From: Tubulanus polymorphus
Taxonomy: Eukaryota > Animalia > Nemertea
Reading direction: 5' to 3'
DNA length: 64,000 nt
NCBI RefSeq assembly: GCF_964204645.1
Contig: NW_027437469.1
Coordinates: forward strand, 14,001 to 78,000
In this document: in pieces, positions 60,144 to 64,000 of the stretch
Layout of the letters: every line of letters starts with the position of its first letter
Numbering within the stretch: position 1 is the first letter of the stretch
Position numbers and translations under genes: made by a program
Notes under the pieces: generated by a model
What the model was told of the DNA's origin: nothing
What the model saw: the letters and a program-made list of their open reading frames with translations, nothing else
Databases searched by the model: none

Positions 60144-61474
60144 ATGGATGTAGAAGGTGGAGAAGATATTCCAATGGATGCTTTCGATGAACCTGGTATA
60201 AGTGATGAACCACAACCTGATTTTAATGAAACTAATGTTGATAATGATGATGAAACAGCATATAATTCTAATTTAGCAGATAGTGGTTCTAAAGTTCCAT
60301 CAACGGACGAGTTTGATAGAAGAACTAAATCGAGCATAAATCCTGAAAATGAAAATCCAGATTTAGTAAAACAAAATTTAGAAAATCACGAATTTATATA
60401 TAAATTCAAACCTATATTTGAAGAATCTGGATACAATAGAAATGATAGAGGCGCCAGGCATTTAGTAAGAGAATTAGAACTTTTAGATAATGGTGAATAT
60501 TATTATCATTTGAAAGATTATTATTATATTGATATCTATTATAAAAATTAAAATAAAATATTAGCAGAATCAACTTTGAGAAAATTAGACCCATATGGAA
60601 TTAAAAGGATAAGAAATAGTGATGAAATAGTAAATGTTACCGAAGCAGAAATAAATCAAAACAAAAGAGTATTTAAACGAAGAATTGAAAAATTATTTGA
60701 AACAATCAATAATAATTTAGAAACAGAAACAACTTCTGAACAGAATATAACTTCCAAAATTAGTAAACTTTAATCAAATAAAGTTCCAATTGAAAAACTT
60801 TTACCGAATGGATTAATTGATGCAACAGATGAACAATTAGAAGATTTAAATATATTTTCTGATAAAGCAATTAGAGAAATTATTAGTATAAGAAATGAAG
60901 CTGATAAATTTGCGCATGATAAAAGTATAAGAGATTTTAAAATTAGAACTTTAGAAAAAGAATTAACTGATAAAAATAAAGAAATAGAACAATTAAAATT
61001 AGATAGAGTTAATAAAGTTATTGAAGGAATTGAATTTAAAAAAGAAATGCATATTTGGAAAAAGAATATAGAATTAGAATTAGAATATAACATAGAATTA
61101 CAGAAAGAAGAAATTAAATGATTATCAAAATCATATGATTATAATGTTAATAGATTAAAAGTTATCATAAAGATGTGTTGATAAAACCAAATTCTGAAAT
61201 ACCAGAGATAGAATTGAAAGATAGAATAAAATTATTATTTAAATTAGAAGGTATAACAATTATTTCAATTGTAACAGCGGTAACTATGATATTAACAACA
61301 ATAGGTTTAGCTATATAAAATTCATTAAAATCTACATCAACACCCAATAAACCGAATAAACCTCCAAGTCATAATAATTCTATACAGGATAAAGTTAAAG
61401 ACGGTTTACAAAAATTAGCAAAATATCTATGGGAATTATCTAAAAAATCTGCTGCAGCTTTGCCCGGAGTTATA
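60144..61474 (+). pseudogene. Long coiled-coil/membrane virus-like protein, disrupted and truncated by the downstream transposon
   Basis: MDVEGG start, coiled-coil middle, then DRIKLLFKLEGITIISIVTAVTMILTTIGL...KLAKYLWELSKKSAAALPGVI, breaking off at a sharp compositional change at ~61475. Confidence 0.6.
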
Positions 61475-62938
61475 CACCCTTCTCGTAAAAGGGCGCTATA
61501 GTGCGGCAGAAATCAGAACTAAATAGTCGTGACGTCATTCGGTGAGACGACATTTACTTCCGGGTTACAAACTACGCGAATTGGCTTTTTGAATCGTTGA
61601 TCTTCTGTCGCTTTTTTCAAGTCTCCAAATCAATTGTTGGTTCTAAAATTATAGTACAAACTTCCAGCGTATTCCCTAGTATTCATTACTACAACATGTT
61701 GTATTTGTTCCGTTGAAATCGATTTTTCGACTTGAGTGGATCATATTAATTTTAACTGGGAATTCATGTCCGGGTTTAGTCAGCAGGTACACACAATCTC
61801 TCCTATGAATTTCGAAAAACGCAAAAGAAACATTTAGAATCACTTGGATAATACGTTCTCAATTTAACATTTTCAGGATGATCACAGCTATGCTTTTAGT
61901 TTATCAAATGAATATGAATTGCCATTGGAAATGGAGAGTCGGGATAATAAAGATAAAGATTATGGAGGGAAAAAAGCATCTAAGGTAAGCGAAATTTGTT
62001 TATACGACTTTATACTGAGTTGTCGACTGTCCTGACAACCTGCACCATGCCGGCTCCTCCTTGGCTGGGGTAAATTATGTTCAATGGCTCTGTTTTTACT
62101 TTGTACATATGGAATAATGGTTATAATTATTTTTCAGAGTAACAGAAACTGTTGTGTACCTCACTGTACGAAGGCAGGATATTTTCATGTCGAAGGCCAT
62201 GGCGTAGTATCCTATCATAGTTTTCCGCCTGAACCTGAGCTGAGGAAACTGTGGCTAACTCGTATCAAACGGGATGAAGGAGCAGATTTTCATATTACCA
62301 AAAATAGTGATTTCCGTGACGTGTCAAATTTTTCTGGACGAAGGTACTTAACATCAACAGCCTGTGTTTTTCAGCCTGTACTTAACATCAACATAACTGT
62401 GTTTACCTGTTGGGAAGGCAAAGTTGTCAATTGGAAACAAAAAAAACGAAGAGACCGAATAAATTAGTAAATTAACGTGAACAAACTGAACCAGCCGTTT
62501 CAACAGAGGATTCTTTGGAAAAGAAACTGTTTTTGATACTGAAAATGAAATTGCCCTTGCATCGTGCATCGTGCACTATTCCACAGAATAACTAATCAGA
62601 ACTTTTACTGCGTAGCCAATCTTGAACAGCAAAACAGCAAATTGATGGTTCAAGTTGAAAGTTTACAGTCTGAAGACAGATTCACGATCGATCGACTCAG
62701 TGCCGACCACATTTCTTTTTATACGGGATTTCCAAATGTAGAGACTTTTAGCTGTTAACTGAAATTTTTAAACCCGGGCGAATGTGGTGAAAATTTGATA
62801 GTAACTAAATCCGTTGCTACTGAATCGGTGACGAAAAAGGGTCGTCCATTTGCTTTATCACCTAGAGACCAATTTTTTCTGTTTTTAACTAGGGTACGCC
62901 TTGGTCTCTTGGCTCTAGACCTAGCAAATAGATATCGG
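61475..62938 (+). mobile_element. 5' part of a THAP-domain DNA transposon (PIF/Harbinger-ISL2EU-like), degenerate
   Basis: Abrupt GC rise at CACCCTTCTCG; CRE-like TGACGTCA and ETS-like ACTTCCGG motifs at ~61530-61563; transposase remnants downstream. The other terminus was not seen. Confidence 0.65.
61931..62938 (+). pseudogene. Spliced THAP plus HTH (DDE_Tnp_4-associated) transposase pseudogene
   Basis: Exon 61931-61984 (MESRDNKDKDYGGKKASK), GTAAGC...TTTTCAG intron 61985-62137, then in-frame SNRNCCVPHC...YHSFP...RKLWL..IKR (THAP, CxxHF deleted), FYTGFP and LSPRDQFFLFLTRVRLGLLALDLANRY (HTH). The DDE domain is absent. Confidence 0.78.
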
Positions 62939-62940
62939 TT

Positions 62941-63060
62941 CCTGAACTTTGCTGAAAAAGCTGAAACACTGAAACGTTGAAATAAAAACGCTGAAATTTC
63001 AGGGAATTTCCGAAAAACGCCGAAATTTCAGAGAATTCCCGAAAAACGCTGAAATCGTGC
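62941..63060. repeat. Short GCTGAAA-rich tandem repeat (~28-bp unit) truncating the transposase
   Basis: AAAAACGCTGAAATTTCAGGGAATTTCCG / AAAAACGCCGAAATTTCAGAGAATTCCCG / AAAAACGCTGAAATC; probably part of another repeat element. Confidence 0.55.
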
Positions 63061-64000
63061 TAGGTACCGACAAAACACGTTTTGAAAATTTTCCGGGCCG
63101 GTGTCCGCTGCCGAGTCCTGAACCGTGTTTAAGTCTCTACCTCCGGTTACAGAGACATACCTTAAGGTCGTCGTCATGTTCGACTTGATCGATTGCGGAT
63201 GGCATCAGACCACAATTAGGTTAGTAGCTCGAAGATGCGTAGGGCCGGACCCCAAAAATAGTACCTAGAGTGAAGAAGAGGTCCCCTATAAATGTTGCCA
63301 TAATTTCTGCAAATGGGATAGGTAACGAATTTCGGTTATATGTATGAAATCCATTGATCCTGAGAGACAGCTTGATGATGAAATAAGGGATTCCCTGGAC
63401 TTTTTTTGCTTGGAGTAAGGGTACCAAACACGGTGGGGGATTCCCTTAGATATTTGGCTCGGATGTACTGGCATACCTGTACTGGGATACCCCTCCTTTC
63501 TAAAGGTTTGATTATTTCAAAAGTTAGGTTGGGTATGTGGGGCGAAAACCACTTCAATGCGTAGCTAAAATGCTGGCCTATGAGCCATAAGCAGGATTTC
63601 CCCTGAATTTACGCGCTTATATCTGAACTAAACTCTCGAATTTCTTGTTTTTACTATAGGATATAGAAGATTTTGGAATAGTGGTCCGAGCTCGGATTGC
63701 GTGGATTGTTAGATGTGTTTTTTGTTTTATGTGCAAATACCGGTACGATCTAACAATGAAGTTATCACTTCATTTGAATAAATTCTTAATTACAGTAATA
63801 ACGCAGTCTCAAATGTTTTGTGACTTTCTCAAAATGTATCAAAAATTTAACTAATTTTTAGTTCATAAGTCCTCAAATATTCATAAATGAACAGTTAAAA
63901 ATTGTTGAAACATGTCGACTCTGCCGTAAAATCAACCTATTAACAGTCCGGAATTTGGGATAATATTGGGCTTTAGAGAACATAATGCCCCCGAGGTCTT

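Larger units (their letters stand above)
50605..61474. mobile_element. Decayed endogenous DNA-virus-like (Polinton-like) gene cluster, fragmentary and partly duplicated
   Basis: Very AT-rich, with densely packed intronless short genes carrying many stops/frameshifts and a shared TAAATG start context. Capsid-like and HNH remnants are present. No DNA polymerase, integrase, ATPase or termini were recognised. Confidence 0.65.

Noticed and set aside
63130-64000. Possible degenerate retroelement coding fragment on the minus strand
   Set aside because: Short ORFs lack convincing motifs; cannot be assigned without a search.

Overview
Eukaryotic (probably invertebrate animal) heterochromatin; no host gene was recognised. 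About 44 kb (1-16035 and 22710-~50604) is a CpG-rich 118-bp tandem satellite with 4/5-mer higher-order repeats and kb-scale block duplications, resembling a (peri)centromeric array; the ORF-track calls over it are repeat artefacts. A young, apparently intact 6.68-kb tyrosine-recombinase retrotransposon of the Ngaro type (DIRS order) is inserted on the minus strand at 16032-22713. Its layout is A1 - SGNH hydrolase - 54-bp structured repeat array - gag - RT/RNase H - YR - B1 - A2 - B2. It integrated conservatively inside a T-run of one satellite monomer and left the higher-order register exactly intact. Its notable features are a hydrolase ORF placed 5' of gag with its own poly(A) features, ~15 copies of a stem-loop motif in front of gag, and an array of constant-loop hairpins in the B repeat, one copy of which carries a micro-inversion. 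Beyond the array edge (~50605-61474) lies a decayed, very AT-rich, partly duplicated gene cluster resembling an endogenous Polinton-like virus (capsid-like remnants, an HNH nuclease, a recurrent TAAATG start motif), containing a small Penelope-like insert with a hammerhead core. A THAP/Harbinger-ISL2EU-type transposase remnant follows at ~61475-62938. All assignments are by eye; no database searches were run.
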